The notes: generated by a model from the sequence alone, not told the origin. 64,000 bases of DNA from Octopus vulgaris (GCA_951406725.2 OX597828.1:23870001-23934000), one strand, 5' to 3'; positions 27,002-41,592 are shown, numbered from the stretch's first letter. Numbers and translations: made by a program.

Positions 27002-30000
27002 GGAGAGTAGTGTTTGTGTTTCTTATTTGGTCCAAGAAAAGAGACAGGTAGAATAAATGCGACGTTTAAAACAGTGGGATCGATTTGTGAAGCAAAACTC
27101 TTCAGGTGGTGGCCAAGCATGGCCACAGGCCAACAACTGCAAGGAATACACAGTACATTACATGACTTCGTGCTACAATAATACCTGAAATCTTTTGTTA
27201 TCTATCGCTAATGATTAAAGAAGCTGTCAGAGATGAGTAGGAAAAAAAGACGCTGTTTTCTTTCATTAACCGTAGCAGCACATGACAAGCAGTAAATACA
27301 ATGCAGGTGACCGACTCTACAAAAGAGGTTTTACATGTTCACTTAAACCGCTAGACATGGAGTGGAGCATCCTAATTCATTTCAAATCACTCACTTTGGT
27401 AGTGAAAGGTATATTAATGTTTTCCTTCTAATACTCAACATCTCGAGAGCAGTGAAGAAAAAAAAGAGGAAATAAAAATAGAGTAGAAGACGAGAGACTG
27501 AGGAAAGAATGAAATGTATAATAAACGACGAAGAGATGAGGGAAACACAAAATACAAGTGGGATGAGGAAATGAAAATAATCATAACTAAGCAATGGAGA
27601 AAGTGATAGACGCCTTCTGGTGCAAAAAGCTGTCAAAGCAAACAAACCACATAATTGCTATGGAATTGAAAAAACGATGGAGGCCGTGGATAACTTTCAA
27701 AATTTTCAATGTCCCTGTTGATCAATTTTAAATGTGTCCTTCTTCTAATCAATCATCATCCTCCTTCGTTATTTTTCAGAATTGCCATCGCTACTGTTAA
27801 TTATATCCCCTAATATTTGGCCTCTGCCTCTCTATCAAAACATGTTTCAACTCATGATAATGTGACATTTATAGTTCTAATATTTGCTGATTCATCTCAG
27901 CTCGCAGACATTTTTGGTTTTAACCATTCCTTCTTTTACATTCGCGTTTTTTTTTCTTTTTTTGCTGATTTTCTTCAATGTCAAAATTGCGTTTTCAACT
28001 CCTTAAGACCCCAAATTGTATGTATGTATGTATGTATGTATGTATGTATGTATGTATGTATGTATGTATGTACGCATGTATGTATGTATGCATGTATGTA
28101 TGCATGCATGTATGTATGTATGTAATTATTCAGTTTTATTTCATGACTTCTTGCCAATAGAGAAAGAACCGGTTTCTAACCTAGATCCAAGTCTCCTTTA
28201 CTGGAATTTCAACACCAACAACAGGGTATTTTTGCATGTATGTATATATGTATGCGGGCATATTTGTATGTTTTGTTTTATGTATATATTCTCATGCATA
28301 TACTTGCAGATCTGGACATGCTCATATATACTTAAATGATAAACTTCTGGTAAGTTTTACAGATTTTTACAGTTCAAGTCATAGATTTGATCTGTAGTCT
28401 TCGAAACAGCTTTCTCCTCTCTAGTTTTGAGTAGCCTAATTTCACAAGACTGTTGTTTAGGCAGTGTGTTACATATCCCAGTATCCCAATAACTACAGAT
28501 ACATTATATCAGGTATATTGTGTTTACATTTTATTGAAGCTTTCACTGGGACATTCCACAATTAATCTTTTTTTATTATGAGAGTCTATGGCTTCTTCAT
28601 TGTAAAAATTGCTTTTTTAATTCATTAAAGCCCAAAATTATCTATGTGTGTATATATGTATGAATGTATGTATGTATGTATGTACGTATGTGTGTTTGTG
28701 TGAATGTGTTATACGGAAAATGGAAGAACCATGGATATGGGTTGAAGGAAATGAAGAATTTTAAACTCAAGCTTAAAACCTGTACTAATTGCTTGCATGC
28801 ATGATTGTATACTTAAGAGACTCGCTTTAAAACAGTGTGATTTCGGGTTCATTACATCTGCGTGGCACCTTGAGTGAATGTCCTGCAAAGATCACTTGAG
28901 AGTGAATTTCGCAGACGTATATGTATGTGTTTGTTTTTTCCTTTTTATTAATGCATGTCACAAACACGGCTTGACAAAATGCGAGGGCCTGTTTACGTTC
29001 TTGTAAATTAGCTTTTAGACCTTAATCAATGGTTAGGAGACTTTAAACAATGGTTAGAAGATTTTATGCGACAGTTAGAAGACTTTAAGCGACGGCCACC
29101 AAACTTCAAGAAAAGTAAGTAAATACTATGACCGACTTATTCGACAAACGTTTGCAAGGTCGTGCACTAGAATGGGGCCGCACTTCAATGCTTGAAAAGG
29201 AAAATGAAATAAAACCCACTAGACTTCAGTTAATGCGTCCAACGATAGGATGCAGGTGGCGATGTGAAACTAGGTGGCAGAAGGTTTTCATCACCCTAGA
29301 ATTACGATGCAAAGAGACAGAGTAAATATCACGATATATCCCGTAGAATGCCTGATGAAACGGTCTGAACATTACATCGGGTAACAAAATTTTAATTTTT
29401 TTTTGTCTTTGTGATGTAAGTGATATTTCCTATTTACTTCTATCTAAAATCAAAGGAAATGACTACTATTCCCTTCAAACTTTGCTTTTGTGATCTGGAC
29501 ATCAATGTGTTGGAAAGTGACCTATTTTCTATAACCTTCCAGATAGATTCAGCGCTGAGTTGCTGAACCAGAATTATCGTTATAGCAAATATTCTGCTCA
29601 ATACCACACAATTTGGTCAGTTGCTTGGCCTTCATCACTGCTTAAGTATGTCTTTTTGTGGCTGATAATATGTACATCGGTAGACACGAGTTGTAGCGTA
29701 GGAGCATCATAGCCATGTGTCGAGTGGGATTCTTTGAGATCCGAATATATGTAACAACAGAAAATTTTGAAGGAAATATTAGCAATTTGTCTTACTTTCC
29801 AGGGGTAAACGAATAGAAAATAAGTTGATTACGAAGATCAAAAAATCGTTTTACACAGTATTATTTAATCAACCCATGTGAAAACGACGAGCAACGTTGG
29901 CTTCAGCAGGATTCGAACACAGTGCACAATGAACAAGAACTAGTACTGCAAATCATTTTGTCCTACGAGTAACTACTCGGCTTTTTCTTCGCCTAATTGA

Positions 30001-30074
30001 CAATTATAAGTGGTAATCCCCTGATGTAAACCAGTTCGATGACCTCCTATTATTTTGTTTGCTTATTTGGTTTC

Positions 30075-30108
<34 letters not shown>

Positions 30109-31086
30109 TAACAGATATAATTGTGTTAATAGCAAAAGAAAAGTATTACATTATGATGTTGTGGTCTTCGTTGTTGTTGTTGTTTTATTAGTCTCTGATC
30201 CAAAAATCGTGGCGAAGATAAAAGTAGTGATTCCTTATAATTAACATTTAGAATACATTCTGATCTCTTTTATCTGACCAAAGCACAATTTATTATTGAA
30301 AACATTGATGAGGCTTCTATGCAAGCCTGTTAGGAGTAGCAAGAACACATTAAATAAAATGTAGTCCTGGCTGCACTAATTGCTGCTAACATGATGAGTT
30401 TGTCACGACTGGAGTGTTTGCTTTTGTTTTTTCTGCTTTTTAGGTTAGTTTCTACATTGGTTGGATGAATCATAGTTTAACGCAGTGGTTCCCACCATCT
30501 TTTATCAAAGAGCCGTTTGATTCCTATTTTACTCGTGGGGGCGTTTCATATCCACTCGATGTCTAAGAACTATTATATCTTTATGATTAAATGTTATTCG
30601 GAATTCTATGCGGAAGTACTTAAATATTTTTTTGTGTTGTAGAAGTGTATCCATTTTATTGGATATCAATGTTAACAACAGAATCTTATATGGACACCCA
30701 AGGTTCATATGGGCTCCGGTTGAGAACTACTGTTTCAAGAGGACAAAAAAAAAGCAACAAGAACAATATTGTTATGTCGCACGTTCGGATGCCTCTACTA
30801 CTCAACTGGACTCCTCCGACTGCTGCCCTGATGTCTAGACTTCTCCCTCTATATTAGGCTAGACTACTTCATCGTCTTGGGGTGTCCACACAACACATAT
30901 TATATGCTGGAGTCGCCGTTGAGTTTTGTGTAGCCTCGAGTTAATTATGAATGACAGCAAATTCTAGAGTTAAAATTAATCCAGCACAGAAGGCGCATTG
31001 GTTTTCCTGACCGTGTATTCAGTGCCACTTTATCCTCAGAGATTTTCTACACGAAAATAATAGTGTGAGTGCAGAGAACATTTGGC

Positions 31087-31745
31087 GGATATTTTCCTTT
31101 TGAACGGCAGAAAATTTCTAGTTAACTAAACACTTTAAAACTTCGTATACTGGTAGAATGTGTCAAAATAAAACATTTTTTTCTCTTGGCTTTCTTGAGA
31201 AAATTGTAATTTGTTTGTTTAACGTAGTTTAATTTTTCGAATTTTTACCAATCCTATGTTCTCTTTTGAGCTAAAATCATTTGCTGCGTCTAAAACTGAG
31301 ACATCATCCTGTAACTAACCCTAAACCTACCCCCTAATCCTAACCCTAACCCTAATTTTTTTTTTTTAATTGTTAAATTAATTTAATTGTTACGCGTGTA
31401 AAAAAAACTAAAGCAATGGAAAATAATTAAACAATTAACAAACAAAATAATTCTGTAATTTTATACATACGCTTTCCGTATGGGTTAGGGTTAGGGGGGA
31501 GGTTTAGGGTTAGTGACAGGATGTTGTCTCAGTTTTAGACGCAGCAAATGATTTTAGTTGAATGGAGGTTATCGATTGGTTAAAATTGCCGAAATGCTCG
31601 GATTTTCTTACAAACTATAGAATTTTCTCAATAAAACCGAGAGAAAATGATGTTTTATAAACACATTCTACCAGTATACGAAGTTTAAAACTTTTTAGTT
31701 ACCTAGAAATTATGTTACAAACTGCCGTTCAAAAGGAAAAGATCC
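31087..31745. mobile_element. Foldback MITE with about 250-bp TIRs containing CCCTAA/TTAGGG repeats
   Basis: Ends ggatattttccttttgaacggcag / ctgccgttcaaaaggaaaagatcc. Flanks catttggc / aatttggc form an 8-bp TSD with 1 mismatch. Confidence 0.85.
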
Positions 31746-32690
31746 AATTTGGCTGCAATTTCTAACTGATTATGTAACTAAATGGAATTCTTATGTTGGC
31801 TGTATATTATTGAGAACGGTGTGACGGCGAATCAGCAGAACTGTTACTACGTTGAACAAAATGCTTCGCGGCATTTATTACAGCTCTTTGTGTTATGAGT
31901 TCAAATGCCGCAGATGTCAACTTGAAATACATACCAATCGAATAATGAAGTCGATGAAACTGATATCTCGAAATTGCTGGCCTTGTGCCAAAATTGGAAA
32001 TATATTATTAGGAACAGATAAGCGAATAGGACTATGCAAAATATATGCATCCAACGTCTATAATTTGACAAACAAACATCGTCATCTCTGTTGAACTGTC
32101 CTTTTATAATTACGGTATTTTAAAATTTTACTCTTTCCTTAACATCACTAATTCAAACAATTTTGTTAACTTCTACCACATCTCTCATTCATTAGCAGTC
32201 TCCGAATGTTATTTCTTGTAATTAAGTGCCAGGAATATTTTCGTTTTGTCTCTTAAATAAAGTCTAATAACAATTTTCTTTCGTAGCAATGTAATTACAT
32301 CTCTTTTGGGTTTTATGTTATATTTTTCTATTCACCATATTCAGAAAGGTTTTGAATACGCCCACATCTGAAAATCCTGAAGTGCTTATGAAAGTACTTC
32401 TATTACTGTCTCTTTTCCAACTCCATAAAGGAGGAAGCATAACAAATCGCTTAAACACTTTCTTTTATGATTGTGATACTAAGGTTTCTTTACTTGCGTC
32501 ATTCATTGAGCTCTGCTCATGCAAGGGCAGAGTCTTGAAGAGTTTATGATCGAACGAACCGACCCAGCTATTTATACTTTTTAAGTGTGGTACGGATTCT
32601 ATTTGTTTCTTTTGCTGAACGCATAAATTACAATGATGCTAACAAATCTGTACTATTTATCAAGTAGTGACACGATAAACGCAAAGACGG

Positions 32691-32753
<63 letters not shown>

Positions 32754-32754
<1 letters not shown>

Positions 32755-33040
32755 TGTTTTGTCTGGGGAGAGTCATTTTTTTTTGTGCCTTATAATGTAA
32801 CACACCGGTAAAATTTCCACTTATTTTTATTTTCCTAAAATTTGCGTTGCTTTTTGCAACCTTTTCAATAGTCTTGAGTGGCAAGACGCAACAAAAATTT
32901 TAGGAAAATAAAAATAAGAAATAAGTGGAAATTTTACCGGTGAGTGTGTTACATTATAAGGCACACAAAAAAAAAATGACACTCCTCAGACACAACAGAA
33001 TATGCTTCAACACACGAACTCATATAATCTTGCAAAGCAA
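32754..33040. mobile_element. Asymmetric inverted-repeat element in (TA)n
   Basis: Arms at about 32754-32850 and 32887-32998. The right arm has an unpaired extension of about 40 bp. Confidence 0.7.
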
Positions 33041-33934
33041 ATATATATATATAAAAGACAAAATAGAGTAAAAAAACTACAGAAAACTTGTGTTATATTG
33101 GTTTTATATATATATAAATGTTATATATAAGACAGGCTTCTTTCAGTTTTCGTCTACCAAATCCACTCAGAACTCTTTGGTCGGTCCGAGGCTATAGCAG
33201 AAGGTACGCTGTAAGGCTGAACCATGAATCATGTTGTTGGAAAGCAAGCTTTTTACCACTCATCCACGCCTGCTCTTTAAACATTCTGCCAATATATTTT
33301 TTCAAATGAATTTCTCGCCGTTTCAATTTTTTTATGATCTCTTATTCATATTTCCAGTATACTTAATGTTTCAGTTCCAGGTATAATATCTTGGAACAGT
33401 CAAGTTTATTCACTTGGCTTTCACCGGAAATGTAATATATTTTGTCACTGATATTTCTTACTGACTACCGTTGAATGATTCTACTTTATATTCATTCTCA
33501 TTGCCTAAACTATTTCATTGCCTTTTGCCTTAGTCACAAACTACAGCTGGTAAACTGTGTTGAAACTGAATAAGGGGTATCGTCTGCATTTCAATGGCTG
33601 TTGAAGTTCATATTTGATTCTACTTCTCTGATATTAAATAAGATTGCGGATAGCATAGAACTTTGCCTGGATTCTTAATTTTCAACTCTGAAGCACTTAT
33701 ATGTTTACTTCCATCAAATTTTGTTTGATTCCCATATATTTTATTTTAATATTTACAAGTGCTTTTCATATATGCCATGCTACAACGGATATTCAGTCAA
33801 CTCGAATTGATTTACTCTGTCAAATACCTCCGTATATTTGATGAAGTATATGTAAACGTATTGATTTATGTCTAGAGCTCTGTCATGTATACTTCCTTGA
33901 ATAAATTTTCTTTTAATATTTTTCATTCACAATG

Positions 33935-34280
33935 CGGCGACCTGGCAAAATTGGGTGAAATGCTTAGCGGCATTTCGTCCGTTTTTTTACCTTCTGAGTA
34001 CAAATACCACCAAGGTCGACTTTTTTTATCTTTTCGGGGTCGATAAAATAAGTACCAGTATACTACTGGGGGTTGATGTAATCGACTTAACCCTTCTCTA
34101 AAATTACTGCTCTTGTGCCAAAATTTGAAATTAATATTTTTCATTCATACGTCGGCGACCTTGGAGCATCGTTAGTGCGCTGAACAAAGAGTTTACCGGC
34201 ATTTCATCTGTCCGTACATACAAGTTCAAATGCAACAGGATTGACTTTGCCTTTTATTCTTTCGAGGGTCGATAAAATAC
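33935..34280 (+). mobile_element. Two SINE family B copies
   Basis: ggcgacctggc heads and Meta cores. Confidence 0.75.
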
Positions 34281-35797
34281 TTAATTTGAAAGCAATATTT
34301 CTCACTCATAGTCTGAAATTATTTCGCACTTCCTTAATTTTTTCCATTTAATGTTGTTGCATAATTAATTGTTGGAGGATTGTGCTTTAGCGTTTAACTA
34401 GTCACATGACACATTAGATTAATAGCTCTAAGTTCCTTTTGTCTTGTGTGGTTTGTTTCATTAGTAATGAAACAAAGGTAAATCGTTTTATCACAGTTGA
34501 TATTTTATCTAATCTTGTATATTACATTACAGGAATCTATTATTTGTTCTATAATGTGTCTGTTGTTTTTTCATCTGCACAAGTTGCCTTGCTCTCTTCT
34601 ATTAACGTTTTTGCCCTTTCTACTTCTTTTACTATTGTTTTTTTTTCCCCCAGTTGTTTGCTCTGAAATGGGGCATAACCTGTCCGGTTTTCCTAACGTT
34701 TATGTATCCACCCTAACTCGTTTCATCCTGTACATTAGCACGCTGTTTACTCATGTATTTGGTGTTACCGATCTCATTTATTTTACCACATATTGTTTCA
34801 ACAATAATAATGCATATGACACTCAGCTATTTGCTGTTTGTTTTCTCCACAACCAGAAACTATATCTTTGTTTATAGCGTGATAACCATCCTCGTCTCCA
34901 TTCTTGAATGTCTTTCTTTCCTCTATTTCTTCTACTTACACAGAATTTCGTTAGTCATCCATATTTTCCCCCTTTTTTTTTTCCTTTTTCAGAGCAGTTT
35001 TCTTTAGTGATGTTTACACGCAAATTTTAATCATATTACATTTTCTGTTTGCTCTTCATTATTTCTCTCCTAGTGTTACTTTATCCTTCTGTAAACATTC
35101 ATACTTGCGTTGTATTTCCACATAATACTTCTCTTTGTATTCTGCTTCTGTCCATGCGTTTGTGTATTTTTGCCCAAGTCCTTTAGCTCTTTTCATTTTC
35201 TTAACTATGATTTCTAATTTAATTACCATTGTATTATATTCTAAATTGATATTATCTTCAGGGGCAAATATACAATTTTCACCGTCTCTAAATCATTGTA
35301 CTATCTGTATATAATCTATTTGATTTCTTGTCATGCCACCTCGTCTCTTCCACAAACATAATTTTCTTGGTTGCTATCATGCAAATTATTTATTTGACAA
35401 AAAGGGACTCGTCAATCACTTCTTACATATCTTTCCCTTAACCCTTAGTGATCTGTTACATTACTAATCATTTCACAACCGACTTTTCATATAATAATCT
35501 CCCTTATAATTGTTTTTTTTTCTAACTTTCATATATTCTATTTTTATGTTCAATTTGTTGATAGCATTTTTCTATATTTCTATCACTTTTGTGCTTGTTT
35601 AAGTGACATAACTGTATGACTTTAAAATTAAGAGGCTTTTCTTGTAGTTTTATCATCGTCACCTACTTTTCTCATATCGAATTTGTCAGTTTGACTCATA
35701 TTCTTCCTCCCTACGATTTACCACCAGAATGCAAAATTCTATCTCTTAGTTGGTGCACAAAATGTCAATGTTCATAAACAATAATAATCAACATTAT

Positions 35798-36134
35798 AAG
35801 GCGGCAAGCTGGCGGAAACGTTAGAACCCCGGGCGAAATGCTTAGCGTTCACGTTCTGAGTTCAAATTCCGCCGAGGTCGACTTTGCCTTTCATCATTTC
35901 GGGGTCGATAAATTAAGTACCAGTTACGCACTGGGGTCGATGTAATCGACTAAATCCGTTTGTCTGTCCTTGTTTGTCCCCTCTATGTTTAGCCCCTTGT
36001 GGGTAATAAAGAAACAGGTATTTCGCCTGTCTTTACGTTCTGAGTTCAAATTCCGCCAAGGTCGACTTTCGGGGTCGATGAATTTAGACTAGCCCCCCCC
36101 AAAAATTTCAGGCCTTGTGCCTAGAGTAGAAAAG
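35798..36134 (+). mobile_element. SINE family B, two units, 18-bp TSD
   Basis: aataataatcaacattat at 35780-35797 and 36135-36152. Confidence 0.9.
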
Positions 36135-36169
36135 AATAATAATCAACATTATGCATTATTATTATCTTG

Positions 36170-36385
36170 AGGTGGCATGCTAGCAGGATCGTTAGCACAC
36201 TAGGCAAATCTACTTAACAGTATTTCGTCCGCCTTTACCTTCTGGGTTCAAATTCCGCCGAGGTCGACTTTGCCATTCAGCTCACCGGGGTCGATAAAAT
36301 AAGTACGAATTGAGCACTAGGGTCAATATAATCAAATTACACCCCATTCCGAAATCGCTGGCCCTGTACCGAAATTTGAAACCAA
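36170..36385 (+). mobile_element. SINE family B
   Basis: Head, gggttcaaattccgccgaggtcgac and Meta core. Confidence 0.8.
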
Positions 36386-36814
36386 GATTATGCATTATCT
36401 TAGTTCCTGATGCTTAGGACACGTTTAGCATGCTAACCGAAATATTATACTGTAGTTTGACCAATATATGTGATACGGAACCCAAAGATTATTACACAAA
36501 AGTTTCGGGAATCCAGAGCTCGGACTCTCCTACAATCATACATAAAATCCATTCTGAATAGACTGGTAGAAATCGTATTGTCACAAAGTCTGCACAATAA
36601 TCGCTAAAATGGTTTAAGGGAAATAAAAGTGCTGAGTCTGAAAATGGTAAAATTGGTTTTGGTTCCCCAAACTTCTACACTTTGAGCAGCCATGAGATTT
36701 GACAGGTATATGTTTATTTGAGACAATCTCTTAGTATTCGCATGGTCTGCAAGAGTTAGCAGATCGTTCAAATTACGCCATACTGTACATTAAAAAGTCA
36801 ACATAATTTATGTA

Positions 36815-37101
36815 ATCTTTCTTTCTTTACGCCCTTTTCAAGCCTTGCCAGCATCATGGGCCCGCTTTCCCGGTTTCTGTGGCGTATGTGTCCCCCCAGC
36901 CGGACGGGACACCAGTCCACCGCAGCGTTACTCAAGAAACAGAAGAAAGTTGTGGCGAAAGAGTACAACAGGGGTCGCCACCACCCCCTGCCGAAGCCAC
37001 GTGAAGCTTTTAGATGTTTTTGCTCAATAAACACACACAACACCCGGTCTGGGAATCGAAACTGCGATCCTTCGACCGCAAGTTCGCTGCTCTAAACACA
37101 T
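36815..37101 (-). mobile_element. SINE family C (V domain), 14-bp TSD
   Basis: Reverse complement of the 11742 element; acataatttatgta at 36801-36814 and 37102-37115. Confidence 0.8.
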
Positions 37102-37954
37102 ACATAATTTATGTATGATTACATAAATTGCACCTCCACAATTACATACAAAATATGATGCCAGATAATAAAGATTGGAAAGATTCTTGATCATAGGATG
37201 GTTGGAGAATTGTCAGATTGTCGACTAACAACAATGATATATATCATTTTAGCTTCTATATATTTTCAAAGATCTATGTGTACAGAATTGCATAAATGTA
37301 TTGATGATGTGCATAATATATTTTTATGCAACATTCCTTTTATTTGGATATGTTTTAAGTTGAATAGAACAGTGTTAATTGCGTCGACATTCAAACAGCT
37401 CGCCATGTGCTTAACTATATGTTTTATTTTAGTTCAATTATAGAAAGAATGATAATCGATATTTAGTGGAATAAAGAAATGTATTATTGGTACGTAAGCA
37501 TTCCTCTTATACATTCAAAGTTTTAAAATGTTCTGAATAGAATAACGCTGCGCGGTTTTCAACTATCGGTAGCCAAATTTATACTTTTAAATAACAAAGA
37601 GAGTACTTTTCTTTTAAAATCGTATGCCAGACAAATTTTGATGGGGTTACGCAATAGATTTTCTAATAGGAACATATGCACATGATGAGAGAATTGCATT
37701 CGAATGTTATCAAATGGTTTAATAAATATATTGTAGGAGTTTAAATCCTTTATTGTAGATCTACCCATATTACTATGCAGAGAAATATCGGGTATATAAT
37801 ACATAAAATATATTTAAAATATATATTTGCCACAGAGGTAGTATTAATTCCAAGAAATAATACTTATACCTACATACATGTCGATACTCCACCAGAACAA
37901 TCTCACTTTTTCATGCAAAATACATTCTTGTTAATATCGATATTGGGGAGATAA

Positions 37955-39705
37955 ATTCCCGCTAGCTCCAGGGCCGAGATCACCACGGCATGCCAGGCTT
38001 ACAGGGACCGGATTAGCTTTGACGGGTGCTATCAATCAACAACAGATGGTGGTATGCCAAACACGAATAATGCGTTGTCAGAGCTAGGATGCGTGCTCTG
38101 AGGAACGAAGGAATTGGACCCGCCCGAGGGGGCGAGTGGTGGAGACGCAACGAGGCAACGGAGCCACCATCAGGTCACTTACAGATGAACAGGGGCGCGG
38201 ATTACTCGAGCCTGAAAGGATGTGTGAGGCTTTTCAACAACACTTAACCCAACTGTTTGGGACAAGTGGTGGATCAGAACGCAAAGTGGACTTTAGTGCC
38301 TACCTGCATGCCCTGCCATGACTCTCAGCAAAATAGGCGGAGTGTTGTGAAAATCCCATCACAGCCGCGGACGTACGGGATGCGAAGGCAGGCTGCGCGA
38401 GCGACAAGTCACCAGGCTTGGATGGTCTGCCCTACGAACTCTATTGTCATATGCCAGACTTGTTTGGAGGCGTCTTGGTAGCTGTCTACTGCAACCGGCA
38501 GCAAAACGGGAGTATCCCCGCCTTTGTAAAGCAAGGAGCAGTGGCACTGCTAAAGAAAGATCCAAACAAGGGGGACATCATAGATAATTTCAGGCTCATC
38601 ACTCTGCTCAACGCAGATCTGAAAGATTGGCGCTTGTTATCAAGAAAGTAGGTGAATGGCACCGCGAGTGTCGCGTTGCTCTCAAGCAACTCTGCCGTCC
38701 GGGACCAAATTTGTGCGACTCCATTACAACAAAGGCGTTCTATAGAGGATTAGTGGAGGGGAGGTGCGACGACGTTCTCGGGCAGAATCTGGGCGTCGAC
38801 GAGGAACACCTGACCCGCCACTTTAGGACAACCTTCGAGCCGGGACCTATGGACAATCACCAAAGATCCCTGGCCTGGCAGTGCTATCGAGAAGCATTAC
38901 CTGTTCGGGATAAGCTCTACAGGCACGGTTCGAGACACACTGGACCGACTTGCCCGAGAAGCGGTCAGAGCGACGGAACCGTTCTGCACGCACTCGTGCA
39001 GTGTCCAAACATTTCGGACCTGTGGGCTTATGCCGAACGGCTGCTGTCACGCGTGGGACGAGTCCGCCTGTCGGCCGAGTCTATCGTCTAAAGTTGCACC
39101 TCCCCCTTCCTTCAACCGGTAAGGCAAGGCAGTTTTCATCGTACTGGTGGCTATGGTTAAAGAATGTGTGTGGTGGACTCGAGCAAAAGGATTAGAGATC
39201 AACACTTACCTCTCTGGCCAATCGCTCATCAATTTTTTCTAGTACCACTTCAAAAAGGAAGGTTAGAATGGAGAGGCAGGGTTTTGTCTGGTGGAAGTTT
39301 AAAAAAAAGCTGGGTGAATGTAGCAAAGATGGTGCGTACGAAGCCACTTGAGCATGATTCTGTAAATCGTAAGAGAGAGAGAGACAGAGGGAGAGAGAGA
39401 GAGAGCACTTTGCTCTCATGTGTTTATTTCCTCCCTGCCTGAGATTACCGTGGTCTTTTCTGCAGGCTTTTCTCTCCACGGATGAACCTAATCTTGTTTG
39501 TTATTTAAAAAAAAAATGAATTTTTCTTTCTGTGATACACGATCCCTTTTGATCGCTTTCTTTTTTGTTTCTTTTTTCTTTCAGATCCCTTTTGATAGAA
39601 ATTTTACATTTGCTTCCTTTTTTTTTCTTTTGCCTTCGAAAAAAAAAGCTCTACATTTGTATTTATCCCTTCTGTGTCCAGCCCTGTGTGGCCAATAAAG
39701 AAAGT
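37955..39705 (+). mobile_element. Tx1/L1-clade LINE remnant with most of the RT deleted
   Basis: KSPGLDGLPYELY and NFRLITLLNADLK (RT start) join directly at about 38625-38650 to a C-terminal zinc-knuckle region ALPVRDKL...CPRSG...TVLHALVQC. AATAAA at 39694, then (TATC)n. Confidence 0.85.
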
Positions 39706-40239
39706 TATCTATCTATCTATTTATCTATCTATGTACTTATGTATATATGTGTGTATGTATGTTTGTATGTATGTACGTATGTATGTATACATGTATGGAT
39801 GTATGTACGTATGTATGTATATGATGAACTCACATTCATTTATGTACACGTTCCTCTGTCCGTCAGTGTTTGTATGGTTGAATTTGGATATATGTGAGTA
39901 CATTTGATTTGTCTTTTCCTGATAGTCAATCGACTAAAAAAGAAAATAATTTGCATTGCTGTATCTTGTGAGAATCTTTTAATATTAATATAAATAAATT
40001 GGATGGTATTTTCGAAAACAGTTATAACATTTGATAATAAATCATCTACGTGACACCTACGAAATAAAGCTGCAAGTGACAGAATTAATGGCAACATCAT
40101 AAATAGAGCATATATTTAGGAATTGCTTTAGCAGATGAGATTTATGAGTTTAATAGTTGATTGCAAATCGTTTATGTTGTATCTATATTATATATATGCA
40201 TATTATATATATGCATGTGTGTTTGTATATATATATATA

Positions 40240-40297
40240 TATATATTGTATATTATATATATGTATATGCATATATACACATATGTATTATGTATAT

Positions 40298-40339
<42 letters not shown>

Positions 40340-40558
40340 TGTATATTATATATATGTATATGTATATATACACATATGTATTATGTATATACACACACAC
40401 ATATATATATATATATATTGTATATTATATGTATATGCATATATACACATATGTATTATGTATATACACACACATATATATATATATATTGTATATTATA
40501 TATATGTATATGCATATATACACATATGTATTATGTATATACACACACATATATATAT
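40240..40558. repeat. Minisatellite of about 80 bp, 4 copies
   Basis: Unit tattgtatattatatatatgtatatgcatatatacacatatgtattatgtatatacacacac(at)n. Confidence 0.85.
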
Positions 40559-40577
40559 GAAATTGTATGCATATATT

Positions 40578-41449
40578 CGAGGGCGCAGCCAAAAGTAACC
40601 AGAAACGTTCTGTATGGGATAAACCCTTTGTATTTCAGGCTCCCACATCTAGAAGCCACTCGATGCGACCCTCAGGTATCAGTCTATCCACCATTGTCAT
40701 CGGAAGAAGTCGTACCGCCACGTGATGCTTCTTTGCTTTGTATTGATTCTCCCCTGTTGGTCGAGTTTTGCGATGGCTGAAACGAAGGAACATCGTGCTT
40801 CCATGAAATTCTGTTCTCTGCTGGGGTAAATGATTAAAACAGATGTCATGATTAAAGCAGCTGACAAGGGCATTGTCGAGTGGTTTTCACACTCCAGTTA
40901 TGGTAACCTGTCGCTTGGCGACCAACATCAGTCAGGATGACATTCGAGTTCCCTAACGAATGAAAACGTCATGAAACTTCGTGAACTGATCCTGGACAAC
41001 CGTCACCGAACATGTGACGAAGTTGTTGATATGAGCGGTGTGACCTGGAGCTCCAGTCAACGAATTTTGAGCGAGAATTGCGTATGAAAAAGTTGCAGCA
41101 AAATTTGTGCCTCGCTTGCTCACATAAGATCAAAAGCAGTCATGACTTACTGTGTGTCGTGGACTGAAAAAAACAGCTGATCCGGACACTTTTTCGAAGG
41201 TCATCACTGGTGACGGAAGCTTGAGCTACGGAATTTGCATATGTGGAAGAGGTGAAGAAAATTCGACGGAGGCGTTAAAAGGTATCACTTCGCAAGAGTT
41301 GCTGAACTGCTTCGAACAGTGAAAAACGTGCCTGGACTGATGCATTGCTTCAAATGGCGAATACTTTCAAGACGATAAAAGTGTAAACGTGTAAACTAAG
41401 TGAATAACATAATATTGTAAAATCTCGCTTTCTTTTGGCTACCCACTCG
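40578..41449 (+). mobile_element. Mariner transposon, decayed and internally deleted
   Basis: Imperfect TIRs cgagggcgcagccaaaag / cttttggctacccactcg|ta. Remnant peptides AAKFVPRLLT, FSKVITGDGS and CIASNGEYF. Confidence 0.88.
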
Positions 41450-41457
41450 TATATATA

Positions 41458-41462
41458 GATGT

Positions 41463-41533
<71 letters not shown>

Positions 41534-41545
41534 TGTCTATCTATA

Positions 41546-41592
<47 letters not shown>

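Noticed and set aside
29345-29380. cctgatgaaacggtc hammerhead-like string
   Set aside because: No stem II between the core halves and no convincing stem I.
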